Shown here one piece after another: positions 10,775 to 41,863 of a stretch of DNA of 64,000 bases (the first letter of the stretch is position 1; the number at the start of each line of letters is the position of its first letter). The notes beneath the pieces were generated by a model, which had not been told where the DNA came from, made no database searches, and saw nothing but the letters and a program-made list of their open reading frames with translations. The DNA comes from Takakia lepidozioides. Its lineage: Eukaryota; Plantae; Bryophyta. The position numbers were made by a program, and so were the translations under genes. The stretch lies in NCBI GenBank assembly GCA_030704615.1, contig CM060732.1:43648001-43712000 (forward strand). Reading direction: 5' to 3'.

Positions 10775-13700
10775 TAGGCTGTGGGGTATGCAGCAGTCCT
10801 GCTTACTCCCCAGAGTAGGTCAGTAGTCAGGGCACAAAAGGAGAGGCAAAAGTGATGATCTATGCGAGCAGCAGCAGACTCTCACAGCTGGTCTGCAGCT
10901 TTGCCAGTCCAGATGGAACTCTCTTCTCCCCCTCCTCCTCTAATACCTTTGCAAACTCGCACACCACCACTCTCTTTCACCATCCCTCCTCCTCACCATC
11001 TCTCTCCTCCCTGACACTCCATGTGCTGTGGCTCCCCGTGGCGAGCGCTCTGACCCCTTTTCGCCACATGGGGTTGGTTTCGCCCGGGCCACCATTCAGT
11101 TTCGCCACGTGATTAAACCATAGAATACTACTAAATTACTCCATCATTGGCCTCCAATTTCCTCCACGTCGCTCCCCATCAACGAACTTTTCAACGCGAC
11201 GCTGCCCACCCCCAAAAATATCAGTATTCTAGTTTCGCCATCTGCCTCTCTCCCATTTATTAACCCGCCGCAGTTTCGCCCCCCGGCGAAACCCCTTAAA
11301 ATAGAATACTTGCCATCGTACGCGGTATGGCTCTGTAGGGCCCCGTCTACAGAGCGGGCACGTGCGTATGTACGATCCCAATTACGCATATCGTACATCC
11401 CGTACACCGTCCCTACCTAGCTGCCGACCCATATACCTACCTACCTACGCGTGGATGGGAATATACGAATATACATATTCATTTGTAATGTATTAATACG
11501 ATACATTGTACGTATAGTTTATGTAGAGGAAGTCATTAAAGAGCAGTTCGTTATCATTGAATATGGAATCAGCAAATGCTTGCATTAAATGCTCAAGCAC
11601 CAATTGTCTAGCATTTAAATAAATGAAAAATTACTTTACATAAAATGGAAATTAAAGAGATACTGTTGTATATACTGTACAGACAGTCAACTACCCCGGT
11701 CCAACCGACAAAGTTAGGGTTGAAATGAAGTTTGGTTGCGTATGTCCCCTCCCATGGGACCAATGAATCGGGTGTAAGCTTAGGGGACACGTTCCACAGC
11801 GTTCCTTTTATTTGGAGTTTTTTATTGGGAGCAGGACAAAAGAGGGGGTGCAGTTGCAGGAGGGGACAAGGGTGGAGGGCCCGGCGGGCCACGGGCCGAG
11901 GCGGTGGGTGACGGACGTCCGTTACAGTCCACAGATTGGGATGCCCAACAGTAACGGAGCGGTTGCAATCGCACCAGTTCATTAACGGAAGTCTGTAAGC
12001 GCACGTGTGTCCCGGGAGGCGCGCCGTGTGTGTGGCCGGCAACGTCTGCCGAGCAGGCAGCGTGACCGGCGCCGTCTGTCGGCCATACTTCTGCCTGTTA
12101 CCACCCACTATCAACGAATGAAAGGTGCCCCACTTGTCGCAGCACATCCGTTTGCTTGTCATTCGTCTCGGTTTGATTAGGGCAGTGAGTCGTTGAGCTG
12201 CACTCTGACGGACGGTCAGAGAGACGAGTCGGCGATGTTGTCTGTGAACGAGTTCTGAATGCTGGTGAATTCACACAGCCCTGCACTGGAAAGGAGCTGA
12301 AGGTCAAGATTGGAAACTGTAGCTAGTTTGGATATGACGATCGCATGACTTAAGCAGTTGAAAATTGATCTATCAGCCCCAATTAGTCTTAGCTGCAATT
12401 TAATCTTGAGCTGTAGTTTTCCAGGCTTATGGAATTTCTGACATGCTACATGAATCCGATGTACGGAAGTATTCAATTCTGAGAGGGCAGGATGGCCTTA
12501 ATCAGGAGTGAAATGAATGGGCTCCGGCCTAGTTCTAGATCCCGGAAATCGCAACCGATGGAAGCACTTGTAACCAGACTGGGCTGGCATTACACTGGTC
12601 TGGAAGCGCTTGTACATCATTAAGAAAATGCTTTAACAAACCGACTCGCCCAAGCAATGAACATCCCCCAGATGTATCCGGACTTCTCTTTCCCAAGACA
12701 GTTCGGATAGAAGGATGTTTGCAATAAATATGATTCAGTACCAGCATCGCCCCATCTCGAGATTCCTTTGTCGAGTCTGCGCTCGCTTGAATCTGAAGAC
12801 CAAGTACATAGCTCCCATATACAGGAAAACGTCCGGAGGAAGGCAACAATATGGTACCCAACTGATTCTTCAGTGGTATATTGAAGTAGCTATACACGTA
12901 TTGTGGCATATCTTTCGCGACGACGCGCTGTCTGGCTTGTATCAAGCCTGAGCTGAGAACAGGTCACAGGATTTTGTTGAACGACTCATGTCCTTTGACG
13001 CTTACCGAGCGTTACTTTCCTTTAGGCAAGAACTAAAGGAATTTCGTTGCTGCTAATCACAATCCTCCACACAATGAACCGGACAGGTCTCATAACCCAT
13101 AGGCTGGACATTCTAAGAGCTACTTTTGATATGCGCCAAGTAAAATAAAGAAATTCTTGTAATTATGGATTTGATTGGAAGTCGTAGCCTATGCTTTACG
13201 TGTACAGCTCTATCTAGATAACTATCTAGTCCGAGGAGGTCCTCCCTAATTTGCACTCGAGAAAGTTGAAAGTCAATCCATCGCGTACAAGGAAATAGTG
13301 GGTCCCGTTAAGAGTATCCTGTTAGGCAGTTTCCTTTCCCGTCGCTATAAGACACTGACTGAGTCAGACCAGATCCCCCATTAGGAGCTGGATGGACCAC
13401 CCCTGTAGTATAAAACAAAGGCCTACGTCACGAATTTCATCTTTCGTGTGGCCAGAAGTATTATCACAGCGCTAATGTTTTGCAACGTCACGTCAGGAAA
13501 ACAAACCGAACGGGTGCTTGCATGGTACGTACTGGCCCTTCTTTGCAACAGTGACTAGTTGGTGCTCGTACCAGCAACTTGTACTTTTGGCGTTAGCTAT
13601 AGGCGTCTCACGATCACTTGGGTAACCGTGTCCACTGCCATCTGTCCAATACAAGACGATTGAAAGTCTTCCAGCTACAGATAGACCAGTGCTTGCGGCT

Positions 13701-16334
13701 GCATTGATGCATCCCATAATTTCCGTAGGTGGTCAAGTCAAGTCCACATCCTAATTAACCTGGATGTTGAACGTACATGGGGGCCGCGGAATGTGAATAT
13801 GCTTACTCGATTTTCAATCCTGTCCGGCCCTTGAGGTAGTCGCCAGCAATAAGATGAACATGTGGTGTGCGGTGTGGTAGCCAGCCACCGGCAACTGGCT
13901 GATTGTAACTGAAAGAGTTCATTATTGGGTATCGATTACAACTATGTACGTGTTTACCGCCAGTTCAGTTCCAGACACTTCTGACGGCATGGGTGCTGCA
14001 AGCTATGTTGGAGATGTTCGTTTCCTAGCTACAAAACGGTGAAAGGAGGGTGCGGCTTGGTTTTGAACAGGTTATATCTATTAGGCCCCTCACGAATAAA
14101 CCGTGTTTTTTCCCCAGCTTGAATCCTGAGTATAAGGGCATCTGCAACAATGCAAAGTGTGAAACTTGTTAAATTAAGCTGCTAGTCGTGTGATGAAGAA
14201 TGTTATGAAGAAAGGCTCAATTGATGGTTTTCTCGGGCCATCCATTCAGAACGAGACCTGGAACATGGTAACGATAACATGATCAGCTCGTTGTTCTGGT
14301 TCAGCAAACAGCCCGTAGATGGAAGCTCTGAAAATGCAACAACATTCTACTCAGTTTACCTGACTTCGGACTCCGATTCCTGTAAGTACGCCTCGCAGTG
14401 CAGTACTATCGATCAATACTGAGTCACCAAGTCTGTCTAGATGATCCCAATTTAGTAAGGTGGTATGCTCCACACTTGTTGAGCTGTTCGGATGAGGTGA
14501 GACTTCCACGCAAAACGATCGTCCAGTTCATACTTTCTTCATTTCCCATTAGATCAATGCACACAGGACCCAGTGCACAAGTGGGGCATCGGCTAAGCTA
14601 GGTTTGTAGACTGAGACTATAAGAGCCTCCTCGAGCCTGCATGACATCCGTGTGGACTCTAAGATAGAATCATGTATGTATCCAAAGGAAAGAATACTAG
14701 ACCTTATGCTGTGCCTCTGCTGTGTCGATGAATTCGTTTACTGCAGCTGCGTTTGAGAGGTGTTCCATGGCCAAAAAACCTCTACTACCAATCCGCATGG
14801 CGAGTCCACACTCTAAGTGGTCATTCTACTTCCTTTCTTTCATCTTCTTCTTTCTCATCGATCAGGCCATACCTGAAAACTGTAGCTCGAAGCAATGCTG
14901 CACCTTTTTTGATAAAACTTAGCTATGGCTGACCAAACAGTAGGATCAACTCTGCTTGGGCAGATGAGCGGGCAGCATGGTCAAAATATTAGTATACCTG
15001 GACTAACCAACATTTAGGACTGTTTTCAATAATAAAGGTACCATACTGGTTCAGTTTATGTGCCGACAGGTTCGATCACAGCACCATTCAGTCATAATAT
15101 TTGTGAACTTCCAACGTACTCATAATACTCATCAACTACTACACACGGTCTGTAATTTCCAATTCTGTTTATTCAGAAGATTCATCCTGAGCTACAAAAG
15201 CATGACGCCTGTAATTTGGGGTTTTTCATAAGAGCCAAATGATTGTCTTGGGTCTGATCGGAAAATCCAGAAGAAAACAAAAGGCCACCAAGAATCAAGT
15301 TGCAATGCTGCTGGTGGAGTCTAATTTGGGAATGGAATCCGTCGGCCGAAGTACCACACACGATGCGTTGTTTGGTGTATTATAGACGCGCCTGTGACGT
15401 TGTTGCTGCGGTGTCATGCTATTGGGCTTTGGTGTTCACTTTGAAGTGTAAGGGAAGCGACTCTTTTGCCATGAGGGTTGATAGTTGTCGTGGAAAACAC
15501 ATTGGAACATTGATGTAATCTGCCGGTTTTAGGTCTCTTACTGCATGTGGAACGTGCTTGCCCATTATGGCTTTGACAGTCTGCCCAAACTGAAACGACG
15601 GGACAAGTGTAGGGTTTCATTTGGTGATTTGCAGAGCTTCTGAATGTTCACAGATGCGCCAACCGGGGTGTGGACAAAACTTGCTGTCTACAAATAATTA
15701 CGCTCTGGAATGGTCCGGGCAGAGGACATTCTGCCCGGTCTGCTGCCCGTCCGGATATTCATTCCATAGTACATGATGGATGGGTAACTAGTACAAAGTC
15801 TTATTTGATGAGAATAATAAAAATAAATATACATTAATAAATATATCATTTTTACAGGTCAGTGAAGTCATCCATGGTAGGATTTGGAGAATGGGTTGAG
15901 GTGAACTGCCATATCCAAGTTGGATGAACTATAAATTCCATCAAAAAGTAAATTTCCTTCCATAGAAATTGAGAGGGAAATCTATTAGTAAATAGTTTTT
16001 TATTGTTTTTATTGTTTTTTTTGTTTTTTTTGTCTTTTGGTGAACAGGGAGTTAGAAGGTTGAAGCTCTTCCGACAAGCATTTTCTCTTATTAAAAAATT
16101 GGGGTGGAGCGGTGCCCGACGTGCCCGGCCCCTTTTAACTTTATTTGGGGTTTATTTGAGATGAACCAATAATAAAATAAAATTGCAAGGAAATTTTGAT
16201 TGAAATATATATAATAAAGGGGATTTTTTTCCTTTAAAAGGAAACCTGGGACCTACAGATCACACTTCAATATGAACAGGGGACAGAGGCCCTGGAGTAT
16301 TTTATTAAAATTATTGAAGGGAAAAATATTAAAA

Positions 16335-16590
16335 CCCTTATAGGCACATGGCCGCCATAAGGCCCAAACGCACGGTAAGCGGATACTCCGGGGACTGTAA
16401 CGTTTAGCAGTGGAGACGAGGGGGGAAATATTAACCCACTTTCATTTTAAGCCATGAAGCAAACTGGAGACAGCATCCCCGACTGAGTGGCCGCGAAACC
16501 ATAGTACATACGGTAGTGCAATTAGCAGGATTTGAGCCCCAAACCATGAGAGTGATATCACACTGTACTACCTCCCTCAGTGGACAGAAG
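16335..16590 (-). mobile_element. Degenerate tRNA-derived SINE related to the copies at 45.0 and 46.3 kb
   Basis: Minus strand has the B-box-like ggggctcaaatcctgcta and the downstream block atgaaagtgggttaatatttccccctc, similar to atgaaagaggttattttctcctctc in the 45-kb copy. Confidence 0.5.
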
Positions 16591-18208
16591 CTCCACTTTA
16601 TTTAAAGGGAAAAAAAACCCCCATAATTTATTATTATTATTATTATTGAGAAAGTGACCAGATGGAAGAGAAAAAGAAAAAGTTCTCATGGTGTGGGAGG
16701 TTGGGTCGTTTTTCCACTGCTTATGAGCCTCATGGTGTTGGGGGTTTTAATTTTTTCCCCAAATAATTCCAAATAAATTGTTCTCCTGGCCTCTGTCCTC
16801 AGTTTTGGAAAAACAAATAATAAAATAAAATAAAATATGAATATGAAAAGAAAATTATCAAATGAGGACACCGTGGACCAATCATAAATATCAAAACAAT
16901 TTGACAACAAAACAATATAAAACATACTTTTTTAAAACAATAAAGCAATCTATTTAAATGGCTTGCCCTTATTATTAATAATTATTTTAGTAAAAATGTT
17001 ATTATTATTTTGAGATTGAAAATCTATGGGCTAATCTAATTTATAATAAAGTTCTACCAGGGCTACTAACCCCCTGTTATCAAAAAAATAATCTAAGGGC
17101 GTCCTGATCCCCTTTTCCCCCTAAAAGAAAAGAAAAAAGAAAAAAGAAAAACCTATCCTGTTAAACTGAGACCATAGAAATAGAAATTAAAGGAGTGAAC
17201 ATTTTGATGCCGTGGAATATGTGGTCTCGGGCAGACCGCGAAACCCTGACTAAGGTTGAGTAGCGGTAAAGCTGGATGTGTGCGCGGCCATAGCTGCCGC
17301 TCCCGCAGCCTGCTTCTTGCCCTCCCCATGTCAGTAAATTCGTGGCGGATTGTTAGACTTGGCACGCTTCTGCTGTGAATCATCGTACACACCTGCAGGT
17401 CTGCCCTTTCTCCCTCAATTTTCTGCTTGAAATAAGGTGGTCACATCAAGTCAAAAGTGTCAGCAGTCTGTGAAGGGGGTGGGGGGGGGCGGGGGGTTGG
17501 GTAACAAAACGGCCAGGAGTTTAGGGAACGGATTGTAGAGTCAATATTACCCTGAGTTTATGATGGCCGACCCCTGCATAGGTGCATGGTGAGATTAGGC
17601 TGGTGAGATTAGGCTCTGGTGTTCGGGGTAGTTCTTATGAATTAAGAAGAGTATGCATGGTGGTAGCAGGGGTTGGGATTCTTGGTTTGAAAGTTTTGCA
17701 GGTACGATGGATTTCTTCTTCCATCATTTGTGATGGAATTTGCATGCTGGATGCTGTTTGTACAGGATCGTAGCTTTGTCAGTTCACGGCTCGTCTGGAG
17801 TTAGGAGTGAAGGGTTTAAGGGGCAGTCTCAAGGAACGTTTCCACATTCTGGGGCTTTTGAATGCTTTTTTGAACCTTTTGACCATGCCTTCTGATGGAT
17901 GGTCCGCAGATGTAGGATGTGAATCCAAAACCTAAAAGATGTGTGTCACACTGTTAGGTTCCTAATCCTTCCCCAATCCTCCATGAACGAATCCTCCATG
18001 CCAAGCTTTTGGGATTCATTTAGTTCTCACGGGTCGTGGAATCCCTCTTTCAGAATAGCCGAACCCCCTTCATTCCTTCCTCATCCATGGCACTGTTTCA
18101 GGTGTGCAGAGATTTCTAGGTTTGCCGTGCAGGTTAAAGGACAATCCGCTGTCCCATCCAGTCGAACTGCCCAGGGTTCAAAAGCTTTAAGGAGCTGGGA
18201 AGTGCGGG

Positions 18209-36499
<18,291 letters not shown>

Positions 36500-38703
36500 T
36501 AACCCATCGGCACATATCTTGATGCAATATGACGAAATTTTTAGCTATTGATTGCTGTCAACGACTAAGTTGTTGAACATGTCTAAAGTGTTTCCCCTTG
36601 GTTGAAGAGCTAATTATCTCTTTCTTCTTTGGACTGGCAACTATTATTTAGAAACTGGGAATTTCTGTGATCCTCAGGAAGGGACCATTACCAGAGTTTG
36701 TAAGCCTAACCCTCAGCCATGTCTGCAGCTTCCTCTCCATTCACTCTAAGTGTGTTTGTCTGCAAGCAGCTCAGATGCCAATGTAACTGGTCTGTTTCAA
36801 CACAGCCGCATTGACTACAAAAAGACTGGTGAAGCACGTCAGACGATCTACCTCAGCCAATCTTGGTATGTTGAATATGTTATCCACGAAATCTTCATCA
36901 AATAGAACTCTTTCCACCATCTGTAGTGTAATGTTGTGTGTCACTCTGTGGGCAAGTCATTCAGTCGGTCAGCTGTTTTCAGTGCTGCCACTTGCACACA
37001 CTTGTTATGTCAGAGGTTTGCCATTCCTTTCTCCTGGCCTCCATCTGCACAAGAAGTTTGAGATGCCCACGAGATGGCCTCTCTACACATGAAAGACACC
37101 CTCCTTCTCAGCCCAAATTCCTTTCCAGAAATTTCAGGTTTTTCTTGCTTTGGGTGATTAGGGACCTTTCAGCCAACCAGATGCCTGGCCTGGGATGCTG
37201 TTTACTTGGATCCACAGTACACACAGGGCAGGGTTTTATGGTGGCGCCCTGTAGGTAGGTGTGATACACACTTTTAGGCCCTGCAATAAAGGAGAAATGT
37301 AAATTTATAATTTTAAATTAAAGTCCAATATCTTTATTAGTAAATTTTCTATTTGGTTACAAGTTTGTCAGGCACCCAACCCTCCTGCTCAGTGTCTATT
37401 TTTGAAGACCGAAAAATCGCATAGCCTACTCCTAGTTTAAAAAAATGAAAGGCTGTGAAAATTAAAGTCCTTCTAGGAAGCTTGCAAATGAACCTTTTTT
37501 GAGGTAACCTTCAAAAATAATCACTGCTGCTGCTGACCATCCCATCTCACCGATTGGATGCTTTCATTTATTGGCCCCCTTCCTAAGGCAGGACTAGGCC
37601 AAGGGTTTTGATGCCTGGCACCGATACACGCTCGATGCAGGTTTGAATTAGTTCACGACAGGTGTAGCTGGAATATTTCATCCATGTTTCTTACTTTCTT
37701 TTGTTCCATGAGTTCTTTGAGGCTGCTGCACTTGAGTTGCTGTTGACTCTTTATAGATGGATGAAACATGTAAACAGGATGTGGTTTATTGGTCAGTCTA
37801 CAGACAAATGTGCAAAGGATACCAGTTGCAAAAAACTGGCAGTTCCAGGTTATGAACTGTTCCAGGAAAGTGTAAGCACCGGTGATTTTCTAGACCATCT
37901 TTACAACCTAAGGTCACCCAAAACTGCATGAATAAGAAATACACCTAAAAATACCTTTTTGTTTTTTTTGGACTTCCTACAATGGGTTTTTTCTTATATG
38001 GCCAATGTCATTTGAAACCCATCCCAAGTTGTTTCGTAATTTTTGGACGAGTTCGGAATTAGTTATGAACTTTTACCTGGTTAGAAGTAGACTCACCTAC
38101 TCACGTTAGTAGGCAAGTAGGCTCGCATTTTTTCATGCTAGTACACTCACCTATTCACGGCAGCAGACTCACCTATTCCCGTCAACACACTGACCCATTT
38201 CCGTCATCCATCTATGATTCTTCATGAAGATCATATCACATGATATTTACACTCATCCATCAGGCTGGGCCTCAAGATTTAAGGTACTTTAGGTTATTAT
38301 ACTATGCAACTCAATCCATAGTAATAAACTCATAAATATCTCCCTCCATCCATCAATGCAACACATAAGGAACCAGTGCCCAGTATTCCATACAAAGGAC
38401 TGCAAAGGCAAATAAAGGCTATGGCCAACCAAGGATATGCCCTCCTCCTCCAATTCACCTCTAAATACAGTCCTCCCAATCCCGGGACATAGCGTTTCTT
38501 CTGTTTTGGAAGCAAAAAGATGTGACAGCGCTTTCTATTCAACGGAGAGGAGTGGAGCGGAAGATCATTTTCTGTGGGATGACTAGGGATACATCCAGTA
38601 TCCCAAAACCAGGCTAATGATATACTGATTCCATACAGAGGTAGTAATGGGATGCAAGCATAACAGGGAGGGTTGAATGTGGTGGGCCAAGTCAAGGCAC
38701 GGT

Positions 38704-39829
38704 TAGGGAATTCCAAAAAGGCCTTGATGTGAAATGCATCGCAATTCACTTGATCACCCCCTAAAAGTGCGCAATTCAATTGAACTAACCCTAATTTGCA
38801 ATTCAATTGAATTGTCGGCACACGATTCAATTGAATTGCGAATTGGCAATTCAATTGAATTGTAATCTATAATTTTTAACTTATTTTTGTATATAATATA
38901 TAATATATATGTATATATATATTCAAATTATATTTATACACATATAAGAGTATAAGCTAAAAATACATGTTGCCCGTCTATTCTTGCTGGCCCTCTTTCT
39001 TGTGCCCTTGAGGAAATTGTGGAGTTGTGAAGCCACCCTCACCCTCAGCGAGAAAGGGAGAGCCAGAGACGGAGACAAATCAGCAGCTTCCTGTGATTCA
39101 CTGGCAAAAGAAACATGGCTAGCTCCGAAAAAAACAGACAAAATCAAACCTGACAATTGATGAAAGGCTTCCCCTGCATCACCATGTAGTCCCCTAACAC
39201 TAGTATCTGGCCCAGGACAAAGAAAACAAAAAATATGTTTATCTTGAGAATTATCAAAAATTTCGATACCCTTACAAAGGTATCATGTTGAAGTTGGGAT
39301 GTGTGTTCTATATAAGTTTAATATATCAAACTCTTACACGTTGATACTCTTACATTGGTATCATGTTTGGTATATGTACATAGCCATATATTGGCACCAA
39401 CATCCACAAAGACAGACAATCCCGCTTTTACAAGCGCTTCGTGACTTCCCCTCTCTCTCTCTCCCTCTCTCACCCTCCCTTAGGCTTATCTTGGGCTCAA
39501 GCCTTACCACGGGGCAAAGGATTGACAGACGGACAGCAAGAATAGACGGGCACCATGTATTTTTAGCTTATACCTGTGTATGTATATATGTATAAATTAA
39601 ATATATACATATATATTATATACAGAAATAAGTTAAAAATTATATATTACAATTCAATTGAATTGTTGACTGCAATTCAATTGAATCGTGTGCCGACAAT
39701 TTAATTGAATTGCAAATTAGGGTTAGTTCAATTGAATGGCCCTTGCAATTCAATTGAATTGCGCACTTTTAGGGGCTGATCAAGTGAATTGCGATGCATT
39801 TCACATCAAGGCCTTTTTGGAATTCCCTA
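38704..39829. mobile_element. Non-autonomous DNA transposon with ~290-bp terminal inverted repeats
   Basis: Ends tagggaattccaaaaaggccttgatgtgaaatgc... and ...gcatttcacatcaaggcctttttggaattcccta. The TIRs carry many attcaattgaat palindromes. Flanked by the direct repeat cacggt (38698-38703 and 39830-39835). Confidence 0.9.
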
Positions 39830-40167
39830 CACGGTCCCTTGTGCGCCATACAGCCTCATTAAGTTACCACACAAAATTCAGACGCAATGTGGTGCTCGAG
39901 CCTTGTAACAACGGCGGAGCTCAAGTTGAAGGGCGGGGTACCTTGTAACAAGTCCCGAAATAAATAACCTCCCTGTGATATAAGGAGCAGAGAAATTTGA
40001 TCTTTTTCAGATCAACGGCCCGGATTGAGTAGTTAAATAAAATAAAGAGATGATAAAGAAAATAAAGTGTAAGGTACACGAGGGCCATACCAAAATATTT
40101 ACATAATTTAATTTCCTTAATGCCACAAGCAAAGATAAATCATGTTAAGTCTATGTATATAGATATA

Positions 40168-40665
40168 TGACGCCAACTGAAGCTAGCGTAAATTAGAGCC
40201 TCTTCCCCTTGCGGACCCTAAGTCTAAAATGAACTACCTATTTCAGATCCAAACTATTTGGTACTATAGGTACTTTCTATAGTCATCACATACTTCTAAT
40301 CTTAAGATGCAAGCTACTTTTAGCCTGAAGGTACTTGTAGACCCAGCAAATGTGAAGTCATTGTCTTAAGGCATGGCCCAATAAATACCAGTGTACACCA
40401 AAAGTATTTGCTTATAGACCTCATTTATGTCATAATATTGTCAATCAGCTTAAAGTATTTTTTGCCCGAAAAATTAATGTGTTGAAGTCAGAATGTTTGT
40501 AATATGTGCTACAGTTGAATCCAGTACAAAGATACCTCGGTTTCAAGAACAGCAATTTCCATCTATAAACTCCCTCTATCTTAGGAGTCACCGAAAAGAG
40601 AGGAGTGTATATACCGACCCACAGCGGGAAGAGGACCTTATTTACACTAGCTTCAGCTGGCGTCA
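40168..40665. mobile_element. MITE-like element with ~50-bp imperfect TIRs in a TA-rich site
   Basis: tgacgccaactgaagctagcgtaaattagagcctcttcccc matches the reverse complement of gggaagaggaccttatttacactagcttcagctggcgtca; TA/TATA lies on both sides. Confidence 0.8.
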
Positions 40666-40687
40666 TATATGTATATACATGTATAAA

Positions 40688-40692
40688 TATAT

Positions 40693-40758
<66 letters not shown>

Positions 40759-40788
40759 ATATATGTATATATGTATATGTATATGTAT
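40688..40788. repeat. Compound (CA)n(TA)n(TG)n microsatellite
   Basis: Directly visible; the arrangement is self-complementary. Confidence 0.9.
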
Positions 40789-41863
40789 AGAGTGTGCAGG
40801 TTATTAGTTTCCTAAAATTTGAAGCAACGGAACCATTGTTATAAAAAATCAAATAAACTGCCCAACACTAGTTCAGACTCAAGAATAAATTTTTTTTTTT
40901 TTTGGTAACCTTAGGTTTCTGAATACTAATATAAATAATAATTTTTGTTTTACTGCTGCCCAGACCCTCTCCTACTGCATTTGTTGCAAAACTGCCAAAA
41001 AACTGGACCTCCAGCCACAAAAAGGGCATATAGAAAACCAACATTGGAAAGCTAAAAACATTTCAGAGTAGAAGTTGTGGGAAATTATGACGGTTTAGGG
41101 GAGGACAACTTGAAAAAAGAAGAAGACCCCATCAGCTTTCTAGGGCTGGTTTTCTTATTGAAATTCCTAAAATACAAGGTTGTTTTCAGTATCATTTTTC
41201 AGAGTTGTATTTCTTGTAGCTGCTTTTGTATTGTCATAAGCCTCTGCATAAAATGAACTTCTAAGGCACTGGGGACAAGGCGAGCACAGAAGCCTCAGCA
41301 GAAAATTAATCGTAGGGGTCACTCAAAGCGGAATATCTAAATACAAGAATGTATCTATAATTGCTGGCAAGGGTTTTATTAGGAGAACGTTACTATAATA
41401 GTATTACGGCAAAACCCATAAATCAGTCACTGCAGAACTTTACATAGGAGAGAAAGTTAAAAATACTAGAAAAAACTCTTATTATCATCGTAACTCTGGT
41501 TATTGGGCTGCGTGATGGTGGCGTAGCTGTTGCTGTCAGTTCACACCACAACACTGCAACGAGGCGGCAACATGAACTGATCTCGACAGATCGCATAAAT
41601 TGGGGCCTCGGATTCTCATTTCACATCCTAGTCACTGCAGCCTAGCAGTTTGAGTTGCTTAGATCCAGTTTCTTGAGTGTGGGAAGTAATCTAGTCTCGC
41701 ATTCGGTTCCTTTACGAGGGTCCTTGCAGTATAAGACTGTGATAGTGAGCGACAGGTCCAAAGAGTCCTAATTGAGTACTACCCTTGGAGCGTCTCGATT
41801 CTTAGAAGTTTCTCACGTCTACCTGCACTTGATCGAAGAAACCCAACGGAGGGGAAAGACAAC

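Noticed and set aside
12200-15650. Short ORFs and splice-like signals between the RGF-like gene and CHR5
   Set aside because: No consistent reading frame or known motif, and no conserved miRNA sequence recognised; may be non-coding.
40445-40852. ORFs of 61-135 aa with YIYIYI/THTH runs
   Set aside because: Artefacts of the microsatellite and MITE.
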